Origin: Nostoc sp. DedSLP01
GTDB lineage: Bacteria > Cyanobacteriota > Cyanobacteriia > Cyanobacteriales > Nostocaceae
Assembly (NCBI GenBank): GCA_034530875.2
Contig: JAVRCJ020000005.1
Coordinates: 1-64,000, forward strand
Direction of reading: 5' to 3'
DNA: 64,000 nucleotides
Positions 40,312 through 50,759 of the stretch are shown here, one piece after another; positions within the stretch are counted from its first letter, which is position 1; every line of letters begins with the position of its first letter. The notes under the pieces are model-generated. The model searched no databases and was not told the origin of the DNA. It saw only the letters and a program-made list of their open reading frames with translations. Position numbers and translations under genes: made by a program.

Positions 40312-41418
40312 TTACTCCTGATTACATACCGCCTTACTTTTATCATCAAATGTTTCTGGCGAAATTGCTTGAAGTAAATATTTTTTTGATTCCAGTCTTC
40401 TGAATTCTAATATTTTAGATACCGAGTCATAATCAATATCAAATATTTCTTTATGAAGCGGTTGTCCTTTTTGATTCAGGGAAAATATACGGTTTTCTAA
40501 ATTTAAATCTCTCAACAAATCTGTGACTTTATTCTGTTTATCGCTACGAACAAGTACATTAAAAGGTTTCTGAAAAATAATAGAAAATATGGTGCCGTGA
40601 TAAGTATTAGTGACTATGTAAGATGCTTCACTAAATAGCCCAACCCATTCTTGTGGACTAGCACTTTCCAAATTGATTTGTGCTATTTCTTTAGGCTGAT
40701 CCACTGAAACTATAGTAAGATTTTCAGATTTTGCTAATGATTTAATAAATTCTTCTTCTTCTGGTTTGATTTGAGCATGAATATATAACAGAATATATTT
40801 ACCTTGGATTTTTGGACTAGTTTTAATTCTGTCATACTGAATTAAAAAAGTCGGATCTAAAACTTTTATTGCTTTTTGGTTACATTCATTATTAATAAGA
40901 TTAAAGCTATTAGTATCACGAACTAAAATAGTTTCAAATTGCTCGATTAAATTACAGATTGTCTCATGATAAATTCCTAACTTTACAGTATTGCCAAAAC
41001 TGGCAGCATAGCTGATCTTCCGGGTAGTTTGATTGCTAACAAAATCCAAAAAAAAAGCAGAATCAAAACCTCTAAAAGAATCTAAACACCATATTTGATC
41101 GCTACCACATACTACTACGTCATATTTATCGCGGTAGTAGTCTAAGCCTTTTTTGTCATAGAATTTTTTCTTACTCAGTTTCACATGAGAAACTAAAAAC
41201 CGTCTCATTTTCCAAGCTCTTGGAACATTAACCAAGATTTTTTTAGGCTGTTTGAGGGGAATTAAAGGTCTGAAATATTTCCATACTATCTTGAAAGGCC
41301 GATAATCTATTATTTCAACATCATAGCCAAGGCTATTCAGGAAAGTCCAAAGCGCACAAGCTTGGAGTGTTGCTCCGTAATTATTTACATGGTGAAAAGT
41401 TAAAATTCCAATTTTCAT
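40312..41418 (-). CDS. polysaccharide pyruvyl transferase family protein
   Basis: MKIGILTFH..NNYGATLQ, GSDQIW, ISYAASFG, VLDPTFL, TNTYHGTIFSI. Confidence 0.92.
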   Translation of the reverse strand: MKIGILTFHHVNNYGATLQACALWTFLNSLGYDVEIIDYRPFKIVWKYFRPLIPLKQPKKILVNVPRAWKMRRFLVSHVKLSKKKFYDKKGLDYYRDKYDVVVCGSDQIWCLDSFRGFDSAFFLDFVSNQTTRKISYAASFGNTVKLGIYHETICNLIEQFETILVRDTNSFNLINNECNQKAIKVLDPTFLIQYDRIKTSPKIQGKYILLYIHAQIKPEEEEFIKSLAKSENLTIVSVDQPKEIAQINLESASPQEWVGLFSEASYIVTNTYHGTIFSIIFQKPFNVLVRSDKQNKVTDLLRDLNLENRIFSLNQKGQPLHKEIFDIDYDSVSKILEFRRLESKKYLLQAISPETFDDKSKAVCNQE

Positions 41419-42030
41419 TTCTTCTAAGCGTGGTAAACTATAAAATTCGGAGCTAATTTGAAAGCGCTTAACTAACAGCTCTAGTTCTTTGTCTGAAAAC
41501 TAAAAAATATTCGCAATCTCATCTTGCTTATTGTGTATTTTTGAGTAAAAAAATCTCCCCAATGCAAGTAAAGTCAAAGTTTTTTGATTAGAATAAAAAA
41601 ACTAGAAGTAGAAAAATAACTATAGATACTAGTAGGCGATCGCTATTTATTCTACTAATCAAAATTCAGTCTTAAAATTTTTATTTCATAAAAGTTTGAT
41701 AAAGATTTCTTGAATTCATTCAACTATTGCTCGTCCAATCAAAAAATAAGTTTTTTTAAAAAATTCAAATGCTTGTTAATCGATAGGTAGCGTTTTCAAT
41801 ATGGTTTTATAACTCATGAATTAACATTGAAAGAAAGTATACCACAATCTTTTTGTACAGTCATAACTATTTCAGAAACTTTTTTGCATAAAATTAATTT
41901 ATTAGGTTAAGTATTTTTAATTTTAGTATTAAATAATTGACTATCTATAATTTTATAAATTGAAGTAATGTATAAATTTGCTAATTATTGGTTATCAGAG
42001 CATAGGCATAATATTTGATGTTTTACTTCC

Positions 42031-42828
42031 TTAGTCTCCAGTTTCTTGGAGGAACACTTCTCGAATACGGCTTGATGATAGTAGTTGTTTAGTAGCTAGC
42101 CATATAAATAGTGGAATAGTCTTAGAATAGCGACCAAAAAGCCTGCGTGGTTCTTGAATCCATCGATATAGCCATTCCAGTCCTAAGTCTCGAATTATCC
42201 GGGGTGCGCGTTTGTGAATTCCTGCATAAACTGGGAAAACTCCACCGAGTCCAATCATCACAGCTTGTATTTTGCCCTTATGTTGAGCTATCCAATTCTC
42301 TTGTTTTGGACATCCCAGAGACACTAAAACAGCGTTAGCACCACTAGAGTTGATCTTTTTAATCAAAGCTTCATCTTCACTTTCAGTCAAAGGACGAAAG
42401 GGTAGAGGTTCCATAGCGGCAATCTTGATTTGAGGAAATTCTCGCTGTAACCTTTCTTCCATCCGAGCCAGAATTTCTGTTTGAGAACCTAAAAAGAAGA
42501 TACTAATATTTTGTGTTTGAGTTAACTGACACAATGCTAGAAAAATATCCATTCCCGCTACACGGTCTTGATAGCGCGCTCCCATTTTCCGCATCATCCA
42601 TACAAGCGGCATACCATCAGGAGTAACTATGTCTGCATTACGCAATACGCTAGCAAACCTTGGATCCCAATGAGCTTCAATCAACATGTGTACATTTGCT
42701 ACATATACACTCCTACTCTCACGTCTAGTTGCCCACTTGAGTATTGTTTGTATTTGCTCGTTAAAGCGTAAAGCCGTGATAGGAAAATCGAGCACTTTTT
42801 GAGTAGGTAGAAGCACTTTTGCCACCAT
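42031..42828 (-). CDS. WecB/TagA/CpsF family glycosyltransferase
   Basis: ANVH, PDGMP, RVAGMD, LGCPKQE, GLEWLYR..QEPRRL; AGGAG RBS before ATG 42828. Confidence 0.93.
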   Translation of the reverse strand: MVAKVLLPTQKVLDFPITALRFNEQIQTILKWATRRESRSVYVANVHMLIEAHWDPRFASVLRNADIVTPDGMPLVWMMRKMGARYQDRVAGMDIFLALCQLTQTQNISIFFLGSQTEILARMEERLQREFPQIKIAAMEPLPFRPLTESEDEALIKKINSSGANAVLVSLGCPKQENWIAQHKGKIQAVMIGLGGVFPVYAGIHKRAPRIIRDLGLEWLYRWIQEPRRLFGRYSKTIPLFIWLATKQLLSSSRIREVFLQETGD

Positions 42829-43327
42829 AAATAACTCCTGTGTCCAAGAAAAGAATCCATAGATTACCCACACAATTCCTGAATATTTCACAATTCAGGT
42901 TTAGATAACTCCTAGCCTTTTGTAGGCTTGTGTCATCGTTGGAGGTTAACACATGGAGGTGCAATTGCCTTCTCAGTACACTTTTAGCTTTCTCCGTAAT
43001 ACTAGAATTATTTGCTATTGTGTTTTAGTTTACTGGTTTAACCAAGTGATTTCAGAAGCTGTCTGGCAAAATTCATACTTCCTTCATAATTAATTTTTAA
43101 TTCATTCATCCAAGCATTACAATTACGATAAATTCCTATATATTATTTTCAATATTACGTAATATTTGCTACAATCAAAAATTTTGAAGTCAAGATAATT
43201 GCCTGATAGTTACTTTGATGGTTGTGGTATCTAAATATATACTTAAGGGCTGCGATCGCAATTATTATTTTTTCAAAAATAAACTAATAATTAATTTTTT
43301 ATAATTTTTTTGGCATGTCATTATAGC

Positions 43328-43585
43328 TCAAATTCCAGTTCTGTTTTGTATTAAAAAATGCATAATTTTTATTTGTTGTTGCAAGTAAAAGCTAAAAAAT
43401 AAGGGGAAGATAATCTTATCTTCCCCCGGTCTGTTATTTTTGTTATCGTCTGATTTGTTGTTTTCGTTAAGCCTTTGCCGTAACATTTGTCTTTGTTTTT
43501 TGAGTTGCCTCTTTCTGGCGGAACCGCCTCTACCTTTATCGTTTCTACCTTCTCTTCGGGGAGATTCCCATCGTTTGAGTCGCAT
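43328..43585 (-). CDS. small basic protein, candidate alternative ribosome-rescue factor
   Basis: Arg/Lys-rich N-terminal half with KGRGGS; an intrinsic terminator lies within the CDS. Confidence 0.65.
   Translation of the reverse strand: MRLKRWESPRREGRNDKGRGGSARKRQLKKQRQMLRQRLNENNKSDDNKNNRPGEDKIIFPLFFSFYLQQQIKIMHFLIQNRTGI
43394..43426 (-). terminator. intrinsic terminator inside the 43328-43585 CDS
   Basis: Minus strand GGGGAAGATA-AGAT-TATCTTCCCC-TTATTTTTT. Confidence 0.75.
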
Positions 43586-43767
43586 AGTTTTTGGTTTTTT
43601 GTAGTGAGTATTTTGTTTTGAGCGACATTCTACCCTATATGGTCTAATATGGCAACTAATAAAATTGCTTAATTAGCAGAGTAATATCAACTATTACATA
43701 GTATAACACAAATTTTCCGGTAATTTATTCTGTGGAATCAAGCGATCGCCTCGTGGATAGACAGCGT

Positions 43768-44343
43768 TTAACTCAAAATTTGTGCTAAATCCAATACAAA
43801 CCCAGGCAATATATCCTCTCCCGATAAACTAGCAGGCGATTGCAGAATCTCAACATCTTGTTCTGGGCGGTAAATTTCTACACGTTGATTTTGGGGATCG
43901 ATTAACCAGCCCAAACGCACGCCGTTGTTAATATATTCCCGCATTTTTTCTTGCACAGTTCTTAAGCTATCAGAAGCAGAGCGTAATTCCACCGTAAAAT
44001 CGGGAGCCATTGGTAAGAATTTATCGGGGTCTGGATTTAAGGCTTCTAATCGCTTCCGGCTCACCCAAGACGCATCAGGAGATCTATTTGCACCATTCGG
44101 AAGTTTGAAACCAGTAGAAGAGTCAAAAGCCAGCCCTGTACCATCAGCATCAGTCCAATTGCCTAAGCGCTGTGTCAGTCTACTATTGCGATTTCCGCTT
44201 TCCCATCCTGTTGGTGGCATGATAATTAATTCTCCCTCTGCGGTGCGCTCAAGTCGCAAATCTCGATTATTCTGACACAGTTGGAAGAATTGCTCATCTG
44301 TGAGTTCAATGGTGGGATATAAATTGAGAATCAGGGCAGTCAT
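43768..44343 (-). CDS. Uma2 family endonuclease
   Basis: LERTAEGELIIMPP, RSPDASW, APDFTVELRS, GVRLGWLIDP. Confidence 0.95.
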   Translation of the reverse strand: MTALILNLYPTIELTDEQFFQLCQNNRDLRLERTAEGELIIMPPTGWESGNRNSRLTQRLGNWTDADGTGLAFDSSTGFKLPNGANRSPDASWVSRKRLEALNPDPDKFLPMAPDFTVELRSASDSLRTVQEKMREYINNGVRLGWLIDPQNQRVEIYRPEQDVEILQSPASLSGEDILPGFVLDLAQILS

Positions 44344-44513
44344 AATTGCATTTCAATTTTGCTACCTGTAGATTAGCATTGATATGATTTTCAAGAACGC
44401 TGTCTATATAATAGTTTCTAATTATAGATTTCCAGGTGATGATGCAAGACAAAATTTAACCAAAATATTTCAATCCAGTTACAATTACAGCCTTTCATAC
44501 ATTTGAAAATTTT

Positions 44514-45059
44514 ATGCAAAATTGGCCTTCTTGGATTCCTACTCCCCGGTTTTGGGTTAATGCGATCGCTCTTATTCTATTAATAAATGGTTTACAACAT
44601 GCGTTCGCCTATCTGGGAATCATAATTATTCTGCTGATTAATTTTCTCCCCAAGTTTATTTTTGTCAAGTTAATCTATTTATTTAGTTTGGTAGCCCAAC
44701 TTTCTCCAATCCCAGCAGTGGCATTTGTTCATCATTGGCTGCATCGGTTTTTAGATCGCTTTTTCCCAGAAAGCAGAATACCCGAAACCGAATCAGCCCC
44801 AGGAGTTTTTCCAGGTTTGATAAGTTGGTGGGAAGGACTATATGGCTGGTTAGTGAATATTCTCTCAACAGTAATAGTATTTGGTATTTTAGGGCTTTTC
44901 TTGCCTTCTCCCGATCTATTTCATTTTTTAAATTTCTTTAAAGCTGAAGGCCCACCTGTGCTGACAATCTCGACATTATTTGAAGTAATTATTGCTGCTT
45001 ACCTGTATCAATTTGAGTATTTAGTACATCAGCATTTGATAGCAGCGGCTAGACAGTAA
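44514..45059 (+). CDS. hypothetical membrane protein
   Basis: Hydrophobic ORF; PGLISWWEGLYGW motif. Confidence 0.75.
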   Translation: MQNWPSWIPTPRFWVNAIALILLINGLQHAFAYLGIIIILLINFLPKFIFVKLIYLFSLVAQLSPIPAVAFVHHWLHRFLDRFFPESRIPETESAPGVFPGLISWWEGLYGWLVNILSTVIVFGILGLFLPSPDLFHFLNFFKAEGPPVLTISTLFEVIIAAYLYQFEYLVHQHLIAAARQ

Positions 45060-45159
45060 ATTTTAAGTCAAATTATTTGCTGATTAGAAATCACAGGTAA
45101 ATAATTTACAAATTAAAAATTTCCGAATTTTTTCAGTCAAAAATTCTTACCTAAAAAAA

Positions 45160-46494
45160 TCAAATAAATTTAATATCAGCTTCTAAAGTATCCTTAACTT
45201 TAGAACCTTTACAATATGGAGTAACTGTAGAATAATCGGGTTTCACTGTCCAATCGTAATGGCGAAGTAGTGTAGAAAGCACGATTTTCATCTCCATTTG
45301 AGCAAATTCCATACCTAAGCAGCTATGAGAACCACTGCCAAAACCTATTAGTGCTAAAGGATGCTTTTTGTCTTCTTCACAAGGTGGTGCAAAGCGGTCG
45401 GGGTCGAAGCTGTGAGGATCGGTGTAAAGTTCTGGTAGACGGTGAGTCAGCATTGGCGAAATTGTCACAAACCAACCGGCGGGAATGCGATAGCCCGCAT
45501 ATTCAATATCTTTGAGGACGCCCCGATTATAGGCATACACTGGAGGATGAAGGCGTTCTGTTTCTTTGAGGACGTTGGTTAATTCTGGAAATTGTTTGAG
45601 ATGGGACAGGCTGAGGGGATTATTTCCCACAACTGCTAACTGTTCTTTACGCAGTCGCTCTCGCCATTCTGGGCGATGACCCAATTCAAATATGACCCAA
45701 CTGAGCAAAGAAGCTGTAGTTTCATGTCCTGCAAACAACAGTAATAATGCTTCGTTAATTACCTGTGCTTGGCTTAACTTATTGCCGTCTTCATCAACAG
45801 CGGCTAGTAATAATCCTAAAACATCTTTTGATGCTTCTAAATTACCTTTTTCGATACGCTGGGCAATAACTTGATTCAAAAAAGCCACTAATTTATTCCT
45901 GGCATTTTGACCGCGACCGTATAAAGTAAAAGGAACATTCCATTTGAGTATTGCCAGACTACTATCAATTAATTGTGTAAACCATTGACTAGTTTGCTCT
46001 ACTTCACTTTGGTTTTGGGTTCCTAAAAACAGGCTAGTAGCAACTTTCAGAGTTAATTGGCGAAAACTAGAATTTAAAGAAATTGTTCCTCGTTCTCCCC
46101 AATCTTTGAGGAAGTCTTCGACTATATTTTTGATTGTATCGAAGTATGTAGCGATCGCTTTACCGTGAAATGCTGGATACATTAAGCGGCGAGTTAGCCG
46201 ATGTTCTTCGCCATCTTGTAATAAAATATTATTGCCAAATGTGGGTTCTAAAAAATACCAACCCAACCGTGATGACATGTGTTCTGCTTGTTCTATTAGC
46301 ACCAAGCGATTAGCATCAGGGCCAATTAAATAAGCACGTTTACGTCCCAGCACCCTGGTTTTAAAAACCGGGCCATACTGATGGAATCGTCGCCATATAT
46401 ACAGTTCTAAATCGCGGAATATTTCCAAAGTTTCACCCAAGAAGGGCAAACCATAAGTACCAGGTATTTCCTCAGCGGATTTTAGTTGTCCCAT
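45160..46494 (-). CDS. cytochrome P450
   Basis: AGHETT, ETERLHPP, FDPDRF, heme motif FGSGSHSCLG. Confidence 0.95.
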   Translation of the reverse strand: MGQLKSAEEIPGTYGLPFLGETLEIFRDLELYIWRRFHQYGPVFKTRVLGRKRAYLIGPDANRLVLIEQAEHMSSRLGWYFLEPTFGNNILLQDGEEHRLTRRLMYPAFHGKAIATYFDTIKNIVEDFLKDWGERGTISLNSSFRQLTLKVATSLFLGTQNQSEVEQTSQWFTQLIDSSLAILKWNVPFTLYGRGQNARNKLVAFLNQVIAQRIEKGNLEASKDVLGLLLAAVDEDGNKLSQAQVINEALLLLFAGHETTASLLSWVIFELGHRPEWRERLRKEQLAVVGNNPLSLSHLKQFPELTNVLKETERLHPPVYAYNRGVLKDIEYAGYRIPAGWFVTISPMLTHRLPELYTDPHSFDPDRFAPPCEEDKKHPLALIGFGSGSHSCLGMEFAQMEMKIVLSTLLRHYDWTVKPDYSTVTPYCKGSKVKDTLEADIKFI

Positions 46495-46733
46495 ATCTTG
46501 AGTACCTCTAGCAGTAATTAGCCTACGCTAACTACTCAATTTTAGAAGGTGCGATCGCTTTTAAATAAACCGACAATTTCCGGCTTTACTTTATTGATGC
46601 GTAATATTGCTGAAATGGGGAATGGGCAGATGGAGAGATGAGGAGATGGGGGAGTGTGGGGAGAAAAATTTCTTCCCCATCCCCCCACACCTCCCACACT
46701 CCCTGTTTGCCCAATACCCCATAAACCTTTCTA

Positions 46734-47339
46734 CTAGTCAGTTGTTTTTGAATTGACAACTTGGCTGCCATGACTGCGGGGATCGTCTTGATTGGCCTTT
46801 GGTGCTACCGGGGCTGAGAATTTGGAAACTTGACCGCTAGATTGACCGTAAGGAAGAGGCGAGTCAGTAACTAAAGCCTCTAAGTTGCTAGCCATAATCG
46901 TGCGGGGTTGGTCGCCAATGGCTTGGGCAATGGTTTCGCCGCCTGGTTTCAAAAATACAAAATGCGGAATCCCATCTACCCGATATTTCAACATTTCTGG
47001 TAGCCATTTGGTATTATCTACATTTAGCATCACAAAGTTCAGCTTGTCGGCATATTGTGTTTCGAGTTGAGCGATATCTGGGGCCATTTTTTGGCAGACA
47101 GTACACCAATCAGCATAAAACTCCACTAAAGATGGTTTGCCGTTAGTCATTGCTACTTCTAACGGTGTGGAACTTTCACTTAATTTAGTAAGGGACGCTG
47201 AAGTAGTTTCTGTTCGCAATCCCAAGAAAAAAGCTACGCTAAGAGCGATCGCTACGATTGCAACTAAGAAGTTTCTCAAACGCTTCCCTAAGGTGGATTC
47301 AGACTTTTCGGGAGAATTAGCTGGCGAATCCGTACTCAT
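46734..47339 (-). CDS. txlA: membrane-anchored thioredoxin-like thiol:disulfide interchange protein (TxlA/HCF164 type)
   Basis: TM anchor, EFYADWCTVC, YRVDGIPH, DDPRSHG. Confidence 0.85.
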   Translation of the reverse strand: MSTDSPANSPEKSESTLGKRLRNFLVAIVAIALSVAFFLGLRTETTSASLTKLSESSTPLEVAMTNGKPSLVEFYADWCTVCQKMAPDIAQLETQYADKLNFVMLNVDNTKWLPEMLKYRVDGIPHFVFLKPGGETIAQAIGDQPRTIMASNLEALVTDSPLPYGQSSGQVSKFSAPVAPKANQDDPRSHGSQVVNSKTTD

Positions 47340-47742
47340 AACAGAATTATTACAACTTATTAATTAGCCTTTTTCAGTTTAGCTGACTCGAACCCCTTGA
47401 GAAGAAACACTCTTATACCAATTCAAAATTCACGCATTAAAGAAACTAGATATTACAAGGATTTGAGTCTGTGTATCTGTCGCATTCTTTTTTCAACAGG
47501 CAAAACCCACGGAGGTGGGTTTTAAAACCTTGATTCTTCATTAGTCCGCGCAGGCCGACGAAAGCCTGTGTAGTAGCGAATTATATTCGCCTAAAACTTT
47601 TTAAACAACCTCTAATAGGGAACGGAAAAATCCCCATAATTAAAATTAGGGGATTTATGTAAAGACGCATTGAAACTTTTTGGCTTGCACCATCCGGTTT
47701 CAAATATTTTGTTGTTTCATAACAAATGGTGGGTACGGTAAC

Positions 47743-49653
47743 TTACAAAATCGCTCCAGTTTCTTTCAAATAAACCCGTGTAAATGGTTCATCTTCAGTC
47801 AACGTGTAATCTTCAATTAAGCCTTTACGACGAATAGAAATGTCGCTGTCTTTTCTAGTCACCACAGTAGAATTGTCGAAGACATCGCGCACTAATATCA
47901 TCTCGGTTTCACTGGGATTATCCAAAACTACGAGATTGCTGCGCTCGTAAAACATACCCTCTTCTTCTAATATGTTTTCTGGATACTCAGCAATCAACAA
48001 ATCAAGTTTGGGATGACGTAGCAAACTTTGGACGTTGCTGTTGTAATTTTTGTTTAATACTTTTTTCGAGCGATTCACAAAAACTCCGTCACGACAAACA
48101 GCGCCAATCGTCCAGTCGGGATGTTGCAAAAGAATATGGTCAATTGTTGTTTGCAGTTCTTCAACTGAGATTTTATTGAAGGTGATAATCGGTATCCTGG
48201 CATCTGTACCAGACTCAAAAAACGTTGCCAAAATGTGAGAAGGCACATCAACGCTTTCACCTTCAGAAGGTTTAAGATGCATTAAAATTCCTGGTGCGGC
48301 ATTAATTTCCAAGATGGCAAAATTACCGTTTTTCCAGGATTCGGAGAGGCTTTTAGTAATGACATCAATACCCAAGCAGGTCAACTGAAAGTGTTGGGCA
48401 ATATCTTGGGCAAAAATGATATTGTCATCATGAACCATAGACGTTGCATTGATGCTCATACCCCCAGCGGAAAGATTGGCGACTTTACGCAGGTAGACAG
48501 TGCGTCCCTTCTCTATCACGCTGTCTAACGACAAACGCTGTTCGTCTAGGTAGAGTTCCATCGCAGCATCCACGAGAATTTTACTCATGGGTGAGGTGGG
48601 TGAATCTAAACGTGCCGGTTTGCGGTTTTCTTTGCGAATTAATTCGGCGATAGTTAAATAGCCGTCACCAACAACCGATGCCGGACGGCGTTCTGTGGCA
48701 GCGACAAATTTACCATTGACACACAACAAGCGAAAATCCGATCCCGAGATGCTTTGTTCTACTATGATTCTGGTTGCCTGGTCTTCAGGAATCGCTGCTA
48801 CTGCCCGCTTAAAAGCAGATTCCAGTTCTATCGAGTCTTGCACGTCGGCTGTAACGCCAATTCCTTTGTGACCTACCACTGGCTTAACTGCTACTGGGTA
48901 GCCGATTTCTCTGGCAGCTGCCAAAGCTTCCTTTTCGGAAAAGACGATATCGCCTTCGGGTACTGGAAAACCCAAGGTTTTCAAAAATGCCTTACAGTCA
49001 TCTTTGCGGGTAGTAAATTCCGAATCTAGATGGCTATCAGGATTAAATGTTGTTGCTACCCCGCGCACGTGTTTTTTGCCAAAACCGTATTGCATCAATC
49101 CTTCTTCCCACAGATAAAATGCGGGAATACATTTTTCGTGGGCTGTTCGCAATAGGGCGTAGACGGTGGGACCGCCGTAGACGGAGGCGCGGAATCTATT
49201 TTGCAGGATCGCTAGTTGATCTTCAAAGTCGAAGTCTTTGTCTTGGGTAATGGCCTCAAACCAATCCCAAACAAAGTAGACTACTTCTCTGGTTGTGCGT
49301 TCGTGTAGAGATTCTATGGCAATTCGGCTAGATTTGAGACTTGGCTTGACACTCCAGCGGTTGAGGTGCAAATCCATGTCCAATTTGCTGACTTGCGATG
49401 CTACTTGGGCAAACAGATGAGCGTAGGATTCGTAGCTTTGGTCGCGTAGCTGGAGATAGCGATCGCCAATGCTCGAAATATAATCCTCAATAGGCAAAGG
49501 CTCTTTCAACTCAACTAGAGCAAAATCAAATACTAGCGCCCCTGTATCTAAATAAGGGTTAGCTCCAATGTAATGCTTGAAGTTGAAAATATCGAATACA
49601 TCCGTTCTTCTAGCATTAATGCGGACTAGCTCGCTACTTTTTTGTTGAACCAT
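47743..49653 (-). CDS. cphA2: cyanophycin synthetase 2
   Basis: ATP-grasp motifs (VAVKPVVGHKGIGVT, ILEINAAPG), truncated Mur-like domain, 636 aa; divergent from cyanophycinase. Confidence 0.9.
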   Translation of the reverse strand: MVQQKSSELVRINARRTDVFDIFNFKHYIGANPYLDTGALVFDFALVELKEPLPIEDYISSIGDRYLQLRDQSYESYAHLFAQVASQVSKLDMDLHLNRWSVKPSLKSSRIAIESLHERTTREVVYFVWDWFEAITQDKDFDFEDQLAILQNRFRASVYGGPTVYALLRTAHEKCIPAFYLWEEGLMQYGFGKKHVRGVATTFNPDSHLDSEFTTRKDDCKAFLKTLGFPVPEGDIVFSEKEALAAAREIGYPVAVKPVVGHKGIGVTADVQDSIELESAFKRAVAAIPEDQATRIIVEQSISGSDFRLLCVNGKFVAATERRPASVVGDGYLTIAELIRKENRKPARLDSPTSPMSKILVDAAMELYLDEQRLSLDSVIEKGRTVYLRKVANLSAGGMSINATSMVHDDNIIFAQDIAQHFQLTCLGIDVITKSLSESWKNGNFAILEINAAPGILMHLKPSEGESVDVPSHILATFFESGTDARIPIITFNKISVEELQTTIDHILLQHPDWTIGAVCRDGVFVNRSKKVLNKNYNSNVQSLLRHPKLDLLIAEYPENILEEEGMFYERSNLVVLDNPSETEMILVRDVFDNSTVVTRKDSDISIRRKGLIEDYTLTEDEPFTRVYLKETGAIL

Positions 49654-50143
49654 TGATTGTGAACCTTTGGCTAAACACCCTGGGATTAAAATGCTGAGTT
49701 TTGATTACTCAAACTTATTGATTGTCAGAATTTTTCAGTTTGAATTTACGAGTCAGAATCATCAAGATATTCGATTAATGAAACAAATTAAGGTACCAAG
49801 CAGATTAGACTTCTAATAACTCTGACTAATTAACGGTAGTTGCTTGAAATTTGTAAACTATAGCAACCTACCGCCTCCTCGTGAATATTGAATTCTGACA
49901 ATCGATCGCATCAATTTTGGTAAGTGATAGTTTTGTCATTAAATCGAACCGAACCTACATTAACGAGATTAATAAGCATATTCAACTATCTCAAGGCATA
50001 ATTCAATTTTCATTCATTAGCAAAAAAAAATTACATTCAATTCATCCTGATGAATAATCAAACTTATGACCTTTGAAAGGTGCAATTGATTAACAATTAT
50101 TTGTATAAATGGATATTAGGGTATTTGAGGAAACAGCAAAGTT

Positions 50144-50347
50144 ATGAATGGCACGCAATCTGCTCTGAGAGAAGAAGTTAGACTACTGGCTGAGGAAGCT
50201 TTTCACCGGAAGCTGATTTCTGGGCATGGAGATGGGCCAGACATCAAAGAATATCAAATTGTCTATCAAGGTAAACCCAGGCATCTCCCACTAGAACAAG
50301 CACGTTTATTCTTGAATAATTTGCTTTACAGAAGCGGCATTCATTAA
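50144..50347 (+). CDS. small conserved hypothetical protein between cphA2 and cphB2
   Basis: 67-aa ORF with GAGG upstream; hairpin downstream at ~50396-50417. Confidence 0.7.
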   Translation: MNGTQSALREEVRLLAEEAFHRKLISGHGDGPDIKEYQIVYQGKPRHLPLEQARLFLNNLLYRSGIH

Positions 50348-50759
50348 ATAATGCATTAGAAAATTTGGCATTTTAGATTTGGAATTTTAAATTAGGCCTG
50401 CGGAGAAATCCGCAGGCTGAAGAATTTTTGGATTCTGAAAAAAGTTTTCTGGCATCGCCAATCGATAATTTTTTTTGAAAGAGCCAATTAGACTTATAAT
50501 AATCTGTTTTAATTGGCAAACATATTCTTTACTAATATCCTCATTATACCTCTAGAGGTTATTGAAGAAGAAACCTTTATTTAGTTAATCTAAATTAGTT
50601 CCCAGGATAGCCATTTCTCCAGCTTGAGTAAATCTTTTGATTTGATAGCGATCGCAATTTTTCATCCTAAATTTTGTCAGTGTTCTACCAAACGGAAGAT
50701 ATTATAAATTGAATTGTCATGGTTTATTAAAATTTATCTCAATTAAATCAGGGGTCATC

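Noticed and set aside
39012..42030. tRNA-Gln as integration site for the AT-rich polysaccharide genes
   Set aside because: The AT-rich block lies on the tRNA 5' side; no integrase or duplicated tRNA 3' end was seen
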